Shown here: one piece after another, positions 19,015 through 28,690 of the stretch
How the letters are laid out: the number at the start of each line of letters is the position of its first letter
Numbering within the stretch: the first letter of the stretch is position 1
Source: Nannocystales bacterium
GTDB taxonomy: Bacteria > Myxococcota_A > Polyangia > Nannocystales > Nannocystaceae
Assembly (NCBI GenBank): GCA_050633305.1
Contig: JBOEGF010000007.1
Span: 160,001 to 224,000 of the forward strand
Length of the DNA stretch: 64,000 bases
Reading direction: 5' to 3'
The notes under the pieces: generated by a model
What the model was told of the DNA's origin: nothing
Databases searched by the model: none
What the model saw: the letters and a program-made list of their open reading frames with translations, nothing else
Position numbers and translations under genes: made by a program

Positions 19015-19875
19015 ATGACTGAGTTTCTCGCCACCACGTTCAGCTTTCCGACGGTGATCTTTACCGTCCTGCTCGCCGTTTGTTGTGCCTACTGGCTGAT
19101 GGTCATCATCGGTGCGCTGGGCATTGACGCCCTCGATTTTGACTTCGACGGGTTCGACGGCGCGGCCGACGGAGCGGCCGAGGGCGTCGTGGAGGGCGCT
19201 GCAGAGGGCGCGGCCGAAGGGGCCGTCGAGGGCGCGGCCGAAGGGGCCCTCGAAGGCGCGGCGGAGGGTGCTGTGGAAGGTGCCGCCGAAGGTGTCGTCG
19301 AGGGCGCGGCGGAAGGCGCCAGCGAAGGGGCGGCGCATGGTGCTGCCAAGGCTGCCGCCGAGGGAGCCGCCGAAGGCGCGAGCTTCCTGGGCTCGCTACT
19401 GCTCACACTCAAGCTGCGCACCGTCCCGATGACGCTGGTGCTCTCGGTGTGGCTTCTGTTCTCCTGGACGGCCACCAGCCTGATGACCGCTTCGTTGTTG
19501 CCGAAAATGACGTCTTTCATGCCGGCTTGGCTGGCGGGAAGCGCCATCGCCCTGAGTGCTGTCGTCGCGTCGCTTCCGCTGTCCTCTCTTTTCGTACGAC
19601 CGCTGGGACGCATGCTCAAGGTCGAGAAGGCCACGCACCGCAAAGGCCTGGTCGGCAAGGTCGTGCGCATCGACACCAGCCGCGTCGACGGCAAGTTCGG
19701 GTCCGCCAAGGCCGACGACGGCGGCGCCGGACTCATCATCTCGGTCCGTTGCGACTCCGAGAACAATCTCAGCCGAGGGAGCAAAGCTCTGGTCGTGTCG
19801 TACGACCGCGAGCGCGAAGTCTACGAGGTTACCCCCGTGGACGACATCCTGCCCTCGGAGGCCACCCGCAAGTGA
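19015..19875 (+). CDS. YqiJ/DUF1449-like membrane protein with NfeD-like OB-fold C-terminus
   Basis: N-terminal TM (FPTVIFTVLL..YW), acidic repeat, VPMT TM hairpin, LVGKVVRIDT..G.A..DDGGAGL..VR; directly upstream of the flotillin. Confidence 0.85.
   Translation: MTEFLATTFSFPTVIFTVLLAVCCAYWLMVIIGALGIDALDFDFDGFDGAADGAAEGVVEGAAEGAAEGAVEGAAEGALEGAAEGAVEGAAEGVVEGAAEGASEGAAHGAAKAAAEGAAEGASFLGSLLLTLKLRTVPMTLVLSVWLLFSWTATSLMTASLLPKMTSFMPAWLAGSAIALSAVVASLPLSSLFVRPLGRMLKVEKATHRKGLVGKVVRIDTSRVDGKFGSAKADDGGAGLIISVRCDSENNLSRGSKALVVSYDREREVYEVTPVDDILPSEATRK
19159..19383 (+). repeat. In-frame 12-bp tandem repeat encoding (G-A-A-E)-type units, about 18 copies
   Basis: GAADGAAEGVVEGAAEGAAEGAVEGAAEGALE... 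with synonymous divergence between units. Confidence 0.9.
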
Positions 19876-20007
19876 CACGTCACTTCGGGTTGCCGACTCT
19901 CTTCGTTCGTCTTTCCCCGCATCCTCCTCGCGTGCTGCGAGCCGAGATGTCCACTTCAACTCGCCCCCCGACTCGTTCGATCGGCAGCAGCAAAGGAGGC
20001 CCACGCC

Positions 20008-22152
20008 ATGCCTGAGACCCAAACCCTGATCACAATCGCGATCGCCTTCGGCGGTCTAGTCTTCTTCGCACTGGGGACGATGGCCCTGTACGCCCAGCTC
20101 TATCGCAAGATCGACCAGGGCAAGGCGCTCATCGTCAACAAGATGTCCCAAGTTCAGGTGTTCTTCACCGGTGGTCTCGTGATCCCGGTAGTCCATCGGT
20201 ACGAGGTCATGGACATCTCGGTGAAGACGATCGAGATCTCGCGGATGAGCAAGGAAGGCCTCATCTGCAAGGACAACATCCGCGCAGACATCAAGGTCAC
20301 CTTCTTCGTCCGGGTCAACAAGACCCTGGAAGATGTCCTCAAGGTCGCGCAGTCGATCGGAACCACACGTGCGTCCGACCAGGAAACCCTCGAGCAGCTC
20401 TTCATCGCCAAGTTCGCCGAGGCTCTGAAGACCGTCGGTAAGCAGCTCGACTTCGAGGAGCTGTACACCAAGCGTCACGTGTTCAAGGAGCAGATCATGG
20501 AGGTCATCGGAGACGACCTCAACGGCTACGTCCTCGACGATGCCGCGATCGATTACCTCGAACAGACCCCGGTCGAATCGCTCGACCACGACAACATTCT
20601 CGACGCTCGCGGTATCCGGAAGATCACGGAGATCACCGCCAACCAGGCCGTGTTCACCAACGAGCTCCGCCGCGATGCCGAGAAAAACACCCGCAAGAAG
20701 GACGTCGAGACGCGCGAGGCCATCCTCGAACTCGACCGTCAGCAGGCGGACGCCGAGGCCAAGCAGTTCCGCGAGATCGCGACCGTGAAGGCCCGCGAAG
20801 AGGCCGAGACGGCCAAAGTCCAGTCCGAAGAGACGAAGAAGGCCGAGTTGGCCCGAATCAAGCTCGAGGAAGAGGTCGCGATCAACGAAGAGAACAAGCA
20901 GCGTCAGGTCCAGGTCGCGGGCAAAAACCGCGAGCGTGTTGTCGCTGTCGAGCAGGAGCGTGTGCTCAAGGACCAGCAACTCGAGGCCATCAGCCGCGAG
21001 CGTGAGACCGAGCTCAAGCGCATTGCCAAAGAGAAGGCGCTGGAGATCGAGAAGAAGGAGATCGAAGAGGTCATCCGGGCTCGCATCGTCGTGCACAAGA
21101 CGCGGGTCGAAGAGGAAGAGCGCATCAAGGACGTGCAGGTCGTCGCGCTGGCCGACCGTACGAAGAAGGCCACCGTCATCGCGGCGGAAGCCAAGGCCGA
21201 GGAGGCGCTCGTCGCCGAAATCAAGAAGGCTCAGGCCAACGAAGAGGCTGCAAAGTTCGAGGCCAAGCGCACGCTGACCCTCGCCGAAGCCGCACTCGAG
21301 GCCAGCGACAAAGAAGCGCGCGCCAAGATCCGGCTCGCCGAGGGCGTCCAGGCCGAGCAGGCTGCATCCGGGTTGGCCGAGGTGAGGGTCAAAGAGGCCG
21401 ACGCCGTCGCCATCGAGAAGCAGGGCGACGCCAAGGCACGAATCACCAAAGGCCAGATGGTCGCCGAAGCCGAGGGCCGCGAGGCGCAGGGCATCGCGCT
21501 GGTGCGCGTCAAGGAGGCTGAAGCCGAGGCTGTGCGCAAGCAGGGCGAAGCCGAAGCGTCGGCCCGTCAGGCGATGATGTTGGCCGAGGCCAGCGGCAAA
21601 GAAGCCGATGCGGTCGCGACCGAGAAGATGGGCGCAGCGCTGGCGGTGGAGCTCCGCGAACGCGCCCTGGCCGAGGCCCAAGGCCTCGAGAAGAAGGCCG
21701 AAGCCATGGCCAAGCTCGACGAGCGTACGCGCTCCCACGAAGAGTTCCGGATCAAACTCGACAAGGACGTCGAGGTGCGCGTCAAGCAGATCGAAGCGCG
21801 ACAGAACATCGCCCGAGAGCAGGCCAAGGTCATGGCCGAAGCGATGGGGACCGCCAAGATCAACATCGTCGGAGGTGACGGAGAGTTCTTCGACCGCTTC
21901 ATCAACGCGGTCTCGATGGGCCAAGCGCTCGACGGCGTGGTCAACAACTCCGACAGCGCTCGCACCATGTTGGGCGAGTACATCGACGGCGACCGCAGCC
22001 TGCCCGAGGACATTCGCGAGATTCTCTCGCGTCCCAGCCTCGACGCTGGCGCGTTGAAGGACCTGTCGGTGTCCGGTGCACTCGTGAAGCTGATGGGCAG
22101 CCTCGACGACGAGGGCAAGGCCAAGGTTCGCGGCCTGCTCGACCAAGTCTAG
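20008..22152 (+). CDS. Flotillin/SPFH-domain protein (YqiK-like)
   Basis: RBS AAGGAGG; N-terminal TM, SPFH core (GLICKDNIRADIKVTFFVRVN, AIDYLEQT), long EA-rich coiled coil. Confidence 0.92.
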   Translation: MPETQTLITIAIAFGGLVFFALGTMALYAQLYRKIDQGKALIVNKMSQVQVFFTGGLVIPVVHRYEVMDISVKTIEISRMSKEGLICKDNIRADIKVTFFVRVNKTLEDVLKVAQSIGTTRASDQETLEQLFIAKFAEALKTVGKQLDFEELYTKRHVFKEQIMEVIGDDLNGYVLDDAAIDYLEQTPVESLDHDNILDARGIRKITEITANQAVFTNELRRDAEKNTRKKDVETREAILELDRQQADAEAKQFREIATVKAREEAETAKVQSEETKKAELARIKLEEEVAINEENKQRQVQVAGKNRERVVAVEQERVLKDQQLEAISRERETELKRIAKEKALEIEKKEIEEVIRARIVVHKTRVEEEERIKDVQVVALADRTKKATVIAAEAKAEEALVAEIKKAQANEEAAKFEAKRTLTLAEAALEASDKEARAKIRLAEGVQAEQAASGLAEVRVKEADAVAIEKQGDAKARITKGQMVAEAEGREAQGIALVRVKEAEAEAVRKQGEAEASARQAMMLAEASGKEADAVATEKMGAALAVELRERALAEAQGLEKKAEAMAKLDERTRSHEEFRIKLDKDVEVRVKQIEARQNIAREQAKVMAEAMGTAKINIVGGDGEFFDRFINAVSMGQALDGVVNNSDSARTMLGEYIDGDRSLPEDIREILSRPSLDAGALKDLSVSGALVKLMGSLDDEGKAKVRGLLDQV

Positions 22153-22331
22153 TCTGGGCAGGGGCCTTTCGAAAAGGCCCCTCACTGCGGCAGCAAAGCT
22201 GCCTTCGTTTCACCCCAAACGGGCGCCCGGTGGCGCCTGTTGTCTGGGAGGAGGCCTTCGGAAAGGCCTCTCGCTGCGGCAGCCAAGCTGCCTTCACCTA
22301 AACCCCAAACGGGCGCCCGGTGGCGCCTGTT
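22152..22331. repeat. Two tandem 90-bp imperfect repeats, each with three hairpins (REP/BIME-like or structured RNA)
   Basis: Units 22152-22241 and 22242-22331. Stems GGGGCCTT/AAGGCCCC vs GAGGCCTT/AAGGCCTC; GGCAGC/GCTGCC; AACGGGCGCC/GGCGCCTGTT. Confidence 0.9.
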
Positions 22332-22344
22332 CTCCCGGGACATC

Positions 22345-25300
22345 ATGGCCGAAGAGAAGCAAGCAACAGTCGAAGGAACCGCCGAAGGCACCGAGGAGGT
22401 CGGTGGCAGCTACGACGTCATTCGTGAGCGGCTGGTGGCGCAAGCCAAGGACCTGTCTGAGCGGGCGAGCAAGCTCAACGACGCGCGGGTGGCCGAGTTT
22501 GGAGGGACGGAGTTGGCCGTGATCGGCAACGAGCGTGTCCGGACCGAGAATAACTGTCTTCCGCGGGACATCCTGCAGGTCGGTGGACGGCTGCTGTTTG
22601 GGTACAACGTGTTCTTGGGGCTCCGCTCGGAGACGAGTGCCTCGGACGTGTTCAGCCTGCACAACTTCACGCAGGACGGGGAGACGTTCGATGTCTCGGC
22701 TGTGCCGTTCGAGACCGGTGGGGACGGCTTCCTGGCGAATGCCGACTTCCAAGGGCAGTTCAAGGAGCTGTATTCGTTCTACAAAGAAGCGCGGCTGATC
22801 GCGCTGACCCGCAGCGAGACCAAGGCGTTGGCGGTCTTTCAGATTGGCGCAGCGGTCTCGGATGTACGGGTGTTTCGGTGGACGATGGATGCCCAGGGGC
22901 AGCCCTCGTACCGCGACAACCGCGGCGAGCGTGACTACGACTTTCCGCCCCAGCACGACTTCGAATGGACGGTGTGCACGCGGGACCACCAGGTCGCCGG
23001 GGCCTACCCTCACATCTCGATCGAAGATGAGGTGTTCGTCGAGACCACCGGCGGCGACCTGACGATCAAGGTCGAGAACAACACCGAGTCGGGGGAGGGC
23101 ATCTACGCCGAGCCCGTCAACGAAGCAGACCAAACGCTCGATGACGCGGAGTTCGAGTACGCCCGTGTGGGGCCGCTCATCCTGCTGCGCATCCTCCCGT
23201 ACCGCGAAGAGGTCCGGCGCCACCTCGTGTTCTCCACGCGGTCCCACTCCGTGGTGCGGGTCGACGCGATCGGACAGGCTTGCGTGAGCCTGCCCGAGGA
23301 CCACGGTGTGATGTTCCCCGGCGGGTACTTCCTACAGGACGGGCAGTACAAGGTCTTCGACGGGGACTTCTCCGACTACGAGTTTCAGCGCGCGATTCGG
23401 TCGCCCAACGGAGAAGACGTCCTGTACGTGTTTCACAACCGCACGACCGGTACGTACACGCTCTTCCCGTACAACATGATCCGTCGCGAGGTGAGCAACC
23501 CGATCCGATGCTCGGGCTACTCGCTGTTCGACGATGGGCGCATGGTGGTGTTCCGCTTCACGGGGGACGAGCCGACACGTGTGCACCCGATGCAGGTGTG
23601 GCAGACCCCGTTCGTCAGCGACGAGTACGCGGCGGCAGCCCCCGCCTCCGACTCGCTGCTGGGCAAGATCGGCAATGCCGACCTGGTGCGTGGGATCTCC
23701 GACTGTCTCTCGATCAAGCGCTACGTCGACGAGCAGACCCCCTCGCGCAAGGTCTACGAAGACCTGATCGCCAACCTCACCCGGGCGATCGATGCTTACT
23801 ACTGGCTCGGGGAAGCGGACACGTTCGACCTCAAGAGCGTCTTGGGCGAGATCCGCAGCACCGCGGAACTCATCGTGGACGAGTTCGAGAAGGTCGTCGC
23901 GATCCGTAAACAGGCGTCCGAGAGCCTGGCCGAGGCGGCAGACAAGCAAGAAACCCTGGTTCGCGATCTGCGACCGGAGAGCTGGACCCAGGTGGACCAG
24001 TTCATGGACGCGCTCACCCAGCTTCGCACCCAGCGTGGCCATCTCATCACGATGAAGGAGATGCGCTACATGGACACGGCTCGAGTCGACGAACTCGAAG
24101 CCGAGGTCGTGGAGCATTTCGATCGGCTCTCACGGGACACGGTCGGCTTCCTGCTCAAGGAAGACTCGCTCGCGCCTCTGACGACCGAGTTGGACCGTCT
24201 GCTCGAGCGCAGCCAAGCCGTCGAGAAGACCAACGAGTACGAACCCATCCAGGAAGAACTCGACCGCGTCTCCGATGGTCTCAACGTGCTCTCCGATGTC
24301 GCGTCGAACCTGCAGGTCGATGACCCCACCGCCCGAACCCGGATCCTCGAGCAGATCAGCGAGGTCTTTGCCCATCAAAACCGCGTCCGCGCAACGTTGG
24401 CGGGACGACGCAAAGAGCTGCTCTCGGCCGAGGGCAAGGCCGAGTTCGGAGCGCAGTTCAAGCTGTTCGGACAGTCGGTCCAGAGCGCGATCAGCCTCGC
24501 GGATAGCCCCGAGAAGTGCGACGAGCAGCTCTCGCGCCTCATGGTTCAGCTCGAGGAACTCGAGGGCAAGTTCTCCGAATTCGATGAGTTCATCGGGGAG
24601 CTCGCGCAGAAGCGAGAAGAGGTCTACGAGGCCCTCGGGCAGAAGAAACAACAGCTGCTCGACGAACGGCAGCGCCGGGTTCAGAACCTGTGGGGGGCGG
24701 CCGAGCGCATCCTTCAAGGCGTCACCAGGCGAGCCTCCGGTTTCAAGGAGGTGGACGAACTCAACGCCTACTTCGCCTCCGACGCGATGATCCTCAAGGT
24801 GCGCGACCTCGCGGAGCGCATCTTGGAGCTGGGCGACACGGTCAAGTCCGACGAGGTGCAAAGCCGGATCAAGTCGGCCAAGCAAGACGCGCTTCGAGGG
24901 CTCCGGGACCGCTCCGAGCTGTTCGAGGGCGGGGACAACCTCATCAAGTTCGGCACCCACCGCTTCACCGTCAACACCCAGCCGCTCGAGCTCACCGTGC
25001 TGCCCAAGGACGATGGCATGGCGATCTCGGTGTCCGGCACGGACTTCATGGAGGCGATCACCGACGAGGCGTTCCTCGCCACCAAGGACTACTGGTCGCA
25101 GACACTCATCTCCGAGACCCCGGCGGTGTACCGGGGGGAGTATCTTGCCGCATCGATCCTCTTCGACGCCGAGGCCGAGCGCGACGAGATGTCGATGGCC
25201 CAGCTTCACGCCGCGCAGCGAGAAGAGGGCGGGCTGCTCGCGTTGGTCCGCAAGGTCTCAGGCACGCGCTACCAGGAGGGCTACGAGCGGGGAGTGCACG

Positions 25301-27687
25301 ACGCCGATGCCACCGCGATCCTCGAGAAACTGGTCACGCTGCACGACAGTGCCGGCCTGCTACGATTTGCACCGACCGCGCGGGCGGTGGGGTGCTTGTT
25401 CTGGGCGTACTCCAAGGATCCGCGTAAGGACGCGTGGCACCTTCGCTCCCGCAGTTTGGGTCGTCTTCGAGAGGCGTTTGGTGGGTCGACGGCGCAGGTG
25501 CAGCTCGGCGAAGAGTTGGCGCTGGCCGTCGAAGAGTTCCTCGAGACGACTGGGCTTCCCGAGCCGGCTTCCCATGCGCCCACGACGGGTCGCTATCTGG
25601 TGGAGGAGCTGACCGCACAGCGGCCGATGTTCACGACCAGCGCCGAAGCCAGCAAGCTGGTCGCAGGTCTGATGGAGTACCTCGAGCTTCACGGAGCAGG
25701 CCGGCGGGCGCTGGAGGATGACCTGCAGTCGCTCGAAGGGGACGTGGCTGCGCAGTACCGGCTGGCGCGGTCTTGGCTCGAAGCCTTCCTTCAGCAAGCC
25801 AAGGACGAAGAGGTCCGCGGTCTCGGGCATGTTGCATCGGAGGCGGCTGGCGTGCTGCTGACGCAACGCTCGCTCGAGCGCAACGCGAATGCATCGTTGA
25901 CCCGCGCACAGGCGACGGGGCTGCTGGGGCAGCACGACCTGATTCAGAGCGGGGCGCTGAACCTTCGCATCGACGAGTTCCTCGAGCGTCTGGGGGCGTT
26001 CAAGCATGAGCGTGTTCCGGGCTACCAGAACTACCGGGAAGTGCGGACGTCGGTCATCGAGTCCGAGCGACGTCGGCTGCGTGTCGACGAGTACAAACCG
26101 CGGGTACTCAGCTCGTTCGTCCGCAACAAGCTGATCAACGAGGTCTACCTGCCGCTGATCGGGGACAACCTCGCCAAGCAGCTGGGCGCGGCGGGGGACA
26201 GCAAGCGAACCGACCTGATGGGCCTGTTGCTGCTCATCTCTCCCCCGGGCTACGGAAAAACGACCCTGATGGAGTACGTCGCGAGCCGGTTGGGCCTGGC
26301 GTTCGTCAAGATCAACGGGCCCGCGCTTGGCCACTCCGTGGTCTCGATCGACCCGAGCGAAGCGCCCAACGCGACGGCGCGGCAAGAGGTCGAGAAGATC
26401 AACCTGGCGTTGGAGATGGGCAACAATGTGATGCTGTATCTCGACGACATTCAGCACACCCACCCCGAGTTGCTGCAGAAGTTCATCTCGTTGTGTGATG
26501 CCCAGCGGCGCATCGAGGGCGTTTGGAATGGCCGGACCCGGACCTACGACCTTCGTGGCAAGAAGTTCTGCGTGGTCATGGCAGGCAACCCGTACACCGA
26601 GGCTGGAGAGAAGTTCCAGATTCCCGACATGCTCGCCAACCGGGCCGACACGTACAACCTCGGCGACATCCTCTCGGGGAAAGGGGACGCGTTTGCGCTG
26701 AGCTACATCGAGAACGCGATCACATCGAACCCCGTGCTCGCGCAGCTGGCCACCCGTGAACAGGCGGACATCTACAAGCTGGTGCGCATGGCCCAGGGCG
26801 AGGACGTGAACACCTCGGAGCTCTCCCATGGCTACTCAGCCGTCGAGATCGGAGAGATCGTCGCGGTGCTTCAGCACATGTTCAAGGCCCAAGATGTGTT
26901 GCTCAAGGTCAACATGCAGTACATCGAGTCGGCGTCGATGGACGACCAGTACCGCACAGAGCCGCGGTTTCAGCTTCAGGGCTCGTACCGCAACATGGCC
27001 AAGCTCGCGGAGAAGATTGTGCCCGCGATGAACGACGACGAGATGCGACGGCTCATCGACGACCACTACGTGGGAGAGGCGCAAACGCTGACCTCGGGCG
27101 CCGAGCACAACCTGCTCAAGTTGGCGGAGCTGCGCGGGACACTCACCGAGGAGCAGGCCGCGCGATGGGCCCAGATCAAGAAGGACTTCGGCCGGGTCAA
27201 GCTCATGGGCGGGAGCGACGACGACCCGATCGCTCGGGTCACGGGGCAGCTCACCGGGCTCTCGGAGAAGCTCGGCGGTATCCAGACGGCCATGCAGGAA
27301 AACTCCGCGGTCACCGACAAGCTCGATGGAATCGAGCGGGCGGTCACCGGGGCAGCTCAACTGATGCAGCAGGGTGCGTCCAAGAAGCACGAGGCTTCCG
27401 AACGGGATGCGGCGTTCATCGGCGCCATGCAGAATCTCTCTGCGGCGGTCTCCCAACTTCAAAACCCGCGGCTTCAGGTCAGCATCGAGAACAAGGCGCC
27501 TCCGGGGGTCGAGGAGTTGCTCGCGCAGCAGGTCGCGATCATCGAGCGTACGTTGGTCCCGCTGGTTCGCAGTACCAACGAGCACCTCGGCAACCCGACC
27601 AAGGTCGACGCGAAGGTTCAGGAGTTGCTGGGGATCGTGCGCTCGATGGATGCCCAGCTTCGGCAGCGTCGCGGCGCACAGACCTAG
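22345..27687 (+). CDS. Giant coiled-coil AAA+ ATPase (DUF3686, commonly labelled 'DNA repair ATPase')
   Basis: 1780 aa from MAEEKQ; GGSYDVIRERL N-terminus, coiled coils, Walker A SPPGYGKT, Walker B MLYLDDIQH, AGNPY, LANRAD. Confidence 0.85.
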   Translation: MAEEKQATVEGTAEGTEEVGGSYDVIRERLVAQAKDLSERASKLNDARVAEFGGTELAVIGNERVRTENNCLPRDILQVGGRLLFGYNVFLGLRSETSASDVFSLHNFTQDGETFDVSAVPFETGGDGFLANADFQGQFKELYSFYKEARLIALTRSETKALAVFQIGAAVSDVRVFRWTMDAQGQPSYRDNRGERDYDFPPQHDFEWTVCTRDHQVAGAYPHISIEDEVFVETTGGDLTIKVENNTESGEGIYAEPVNEADQTLDDAEFEYARVGPLILLRILPYREEVRRHLVFSTRSHSVVRVDAIGQACVSLPEDHGVMFPGGYFLQDGQYKVFDGDFSDYEFQRAIRSPNGEDVLYVFHNRTTGTYTLFPYNMIRREVSNPIRCSGYSLFDDGRMVVFRFTGDEPTRVHPMQVWQTPFVSDEYAAAAPASDSLLGKIGNADLVRGISDCLSIKRYVDEQTPSRKVYEDLIANLTRAIDAYYWLGEADTFDLKSVLGEIRSTAELIVDEFEKVVAIRKQASESLAEAADKQETLVRDLRPESWTQVDQFMDALTQLRTQRGHLITMKEMRYMDTARVDELEAEVVEHFDRLSRDTVGFLLKEDSLAPLTTELDRLLERSQAVEKTNEYEPIQEELDRVSDGLNVLSDVASNLQVDDPTARTRILEQISEVFAHQNRVRATLAGRRKELLSAEGKAEFGAQFKLFGQSVQSAISLADSPEKCDEQLSRLMVQLEELEGKFSEFDEFIGELAQKREEVYEALGQKKQQLLDERQRRVQNLWGAAERILQGVTRRASGFKEVDELNAYFASDAMILKVRDLAERILELGDTVKSDEVQSRIKSAKQDALRGLRDRSELFEGGDNLIKFGTHRFTVNTQPLELTVLPKDDGMAISVSGTDFMEAITDEAFLATKDYWSQTLISETPAVYRGEYLAASILFDAEAERDEMSMAQLHAAQREEGGLLALVRKVSGTRYQEGYERGVHDADATAILEKLVTLHDSAGLLRFAPTARAVGCLFWAYSKDPRKDAWHLRSRSLGRLREAFGGSTAQVQLGEELALAVEEFLETTGLPEPASHAPTTGRYLVEELTAQRPMFTTSAEASKLVAGLMEYLELHGAGRRALEDDLQSLEGDVAAQYRLARSWLEAFLQQAKDEEVRGLGHVASEAAGVLLTQRSLERNANASLTRAQATGLLGQHDLIQSGALNLRIDEFLERLGAFKHERVPGYQNYREVRTSVIESERRRLRVDEYKPRVLSSFVRNKLINEVYLPLIGDNLAKQLGAAGDSKRTDLMGLLLLISPPGYGKTTLMEYVASRLGLAFVKINGPALGHSVVSIDPSEAPNATARQEVEKINLALEMGNNVMLYLDDIQHTHPELLQKFISLCDAQRRIEGVWNGRTRTYDLRGKKFCVVMAGNPYTEAGEKFQIPDMLANRADTYNLGDILSGKGDAFALSYIENAITSNPVLAQLATREQADIYKLVRMAQGEDVNTSELSHGYSAVEIGEIVAVLQHMFKAQDVLLKVNMQYIESASMDDQYRTEPRFQLQGSYRNMAKLAEKIVPAMNDDEMRRLIDDHYVGEAQTLTSGAEHNLLKLAELRGTLTEEQAARWAQIKKDFGRVKLMGGSDDDPIARVTGQLTGLSEKLGGIQTAMQENSAVTDKLDGIERAVTGAAQLMQQGASKKHEASERDAAFIGAMQNLSAAVSQLQNPRLQVSIENKAPPGVEELLAQQVAIIERTLVPLVRSTNEHLGNPTKVDAKVQELLGIVRSMDAQLRQRRGAQT

Positions 27688-27702
27688 CAGCGGTCCGCCG
27701 TG

Positions 27703-28626
27703 TCATTCGAAGGCGCAGATGCCGACCCCGAGCGCGACCTCCTCGCAGAATTCCCCTTCTGGGCAGTCGCCGGCCGCGACCGAGCAGAAGGGGGTACAGC
27801 AGGGTCCTGAGTCCTCGCAATCCGCAGCCCCGTCACCTGCGCACGTGAGTCCGACGGCACACTCGTTGAGGAAGGCGCACGGGTCGCCCTGTTGGCCTGC
27901 GCCCGGGAGGGACGGCACGCAGATGAATCCGTCCTCCAGATCCCCGGTGACACACGTCTGGCCCTGGGGGCAGTCGGGCGGGTCGCTCAGCGGGTTGCAG
28001 TTGGGGTGGCACAATCCGAAGGTCTCGACCCCGGCCGTGTAGAGGAAGCAGTACGAGCCGGGCTCGCAGGGAAACACTTCGTCCGGGTCGCAGAACGAGA
28101 CGCACGTAGGCAGGTCGGAGAAGGGGTCGCACAGGGACCGCTCCGGACAGGCGTCGGCTCCGAGAACACCGCCGCATCGGTGGACACATGGATCCCCTCG
28201 CTGCAACGGTTGGATCTCCGCCGGTTGCTCGACACACGCGACTCCCGTGAATTCCTCGTCTGCACCGTAGGGGCGGCAGTGCCCATCGAGGCATGTGCCC
28301 GCGGAATACAAGTCGCAGTCTCCGTCCGCGCCGTGCACCTTGAAGCATATCTCCGTCCCCGTGCTGCTCTCGCCGGGCCAGGTTGTGTCTGTTGAGTCTT
28401 CCGTTGCGGGCGCAGAGTCCGTTGTGGCGTCGAGTGTGGTCGCGCTGTCGCGGGTCGGATCGCCGGTGATGCTGCTCGTGGTCCCGCTGGCGTCCATGCT
28501 CTTGCTGGGGCGGTCAGTCTCCGCTGGCTCTTCGTCGAACGCCCCGTTGAGCCGCGTACAGCCCGCAGCACAGAGCGCCACGACGACCGAAAGGGCCCAA
28601 CGACTCATCACACTCCAAGATGGCAT
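27703..28626 (-). CDS. Cys-rich lipoprotein (myxobacterial type)
   Basis: Lipobox AAGC, T/S/D tether, repeated CxPFC/CxxGxxC units; start at 28626 or 28608. Confidence 0.75.
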   Translation of the reverse strand: MPSWSVMSRWALSVVVALCAAGCTRLNGAFDEEPAETDRPSKSMDASGTTSSITGDPTRDSATTLDATTDSAPATEDSTDTTWPGESSTGTEICFKVHGADGDCDLYSAGTCLDGHCRPYGADEEFTGVACVEQPAEIQPLQRGDPCVHRCGGVLGADACPERSLCDPFSDLPTCVSFCDPDEVFPCEPGSYCFLYTAGVETFGLCHPNCNPLSDPPDCPQGQTCVTGDLEDGFICVPSLPGAGQQGDPCAFLNECAVGLTCAGDGAADCEDSGPCCTPFCSVAAGDCPEGEFCEEVALGVGICAFE

Positions 28627-28690
28627 GAGGTCCCTCGTTCCACCAGGGAACGACGATGCGGTGCGGTGAGCGCCTGCTACCTTCGGCGCC

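Noticed and set aside
20056..22185. 709-aa antisense ORF, and similar shadows such as 45381..47579, 47825..49972 and 28724..30853
   Set aside because: Mirror frames of well-supported genes; expected from GC3 bias in high-GC DNA; no motifs.
22152..22331. CRISPR array interpretation of the 90-bp repeat
   Set aside because: Only two units, similar along their whole length with no unique spacers, and no cas genes in the window.
22345..27687. DNA-repair function for the large ATPase
   Set aside because: No nuclease, helicase or SMC signature visible; the context is a membrane flotillin operon.
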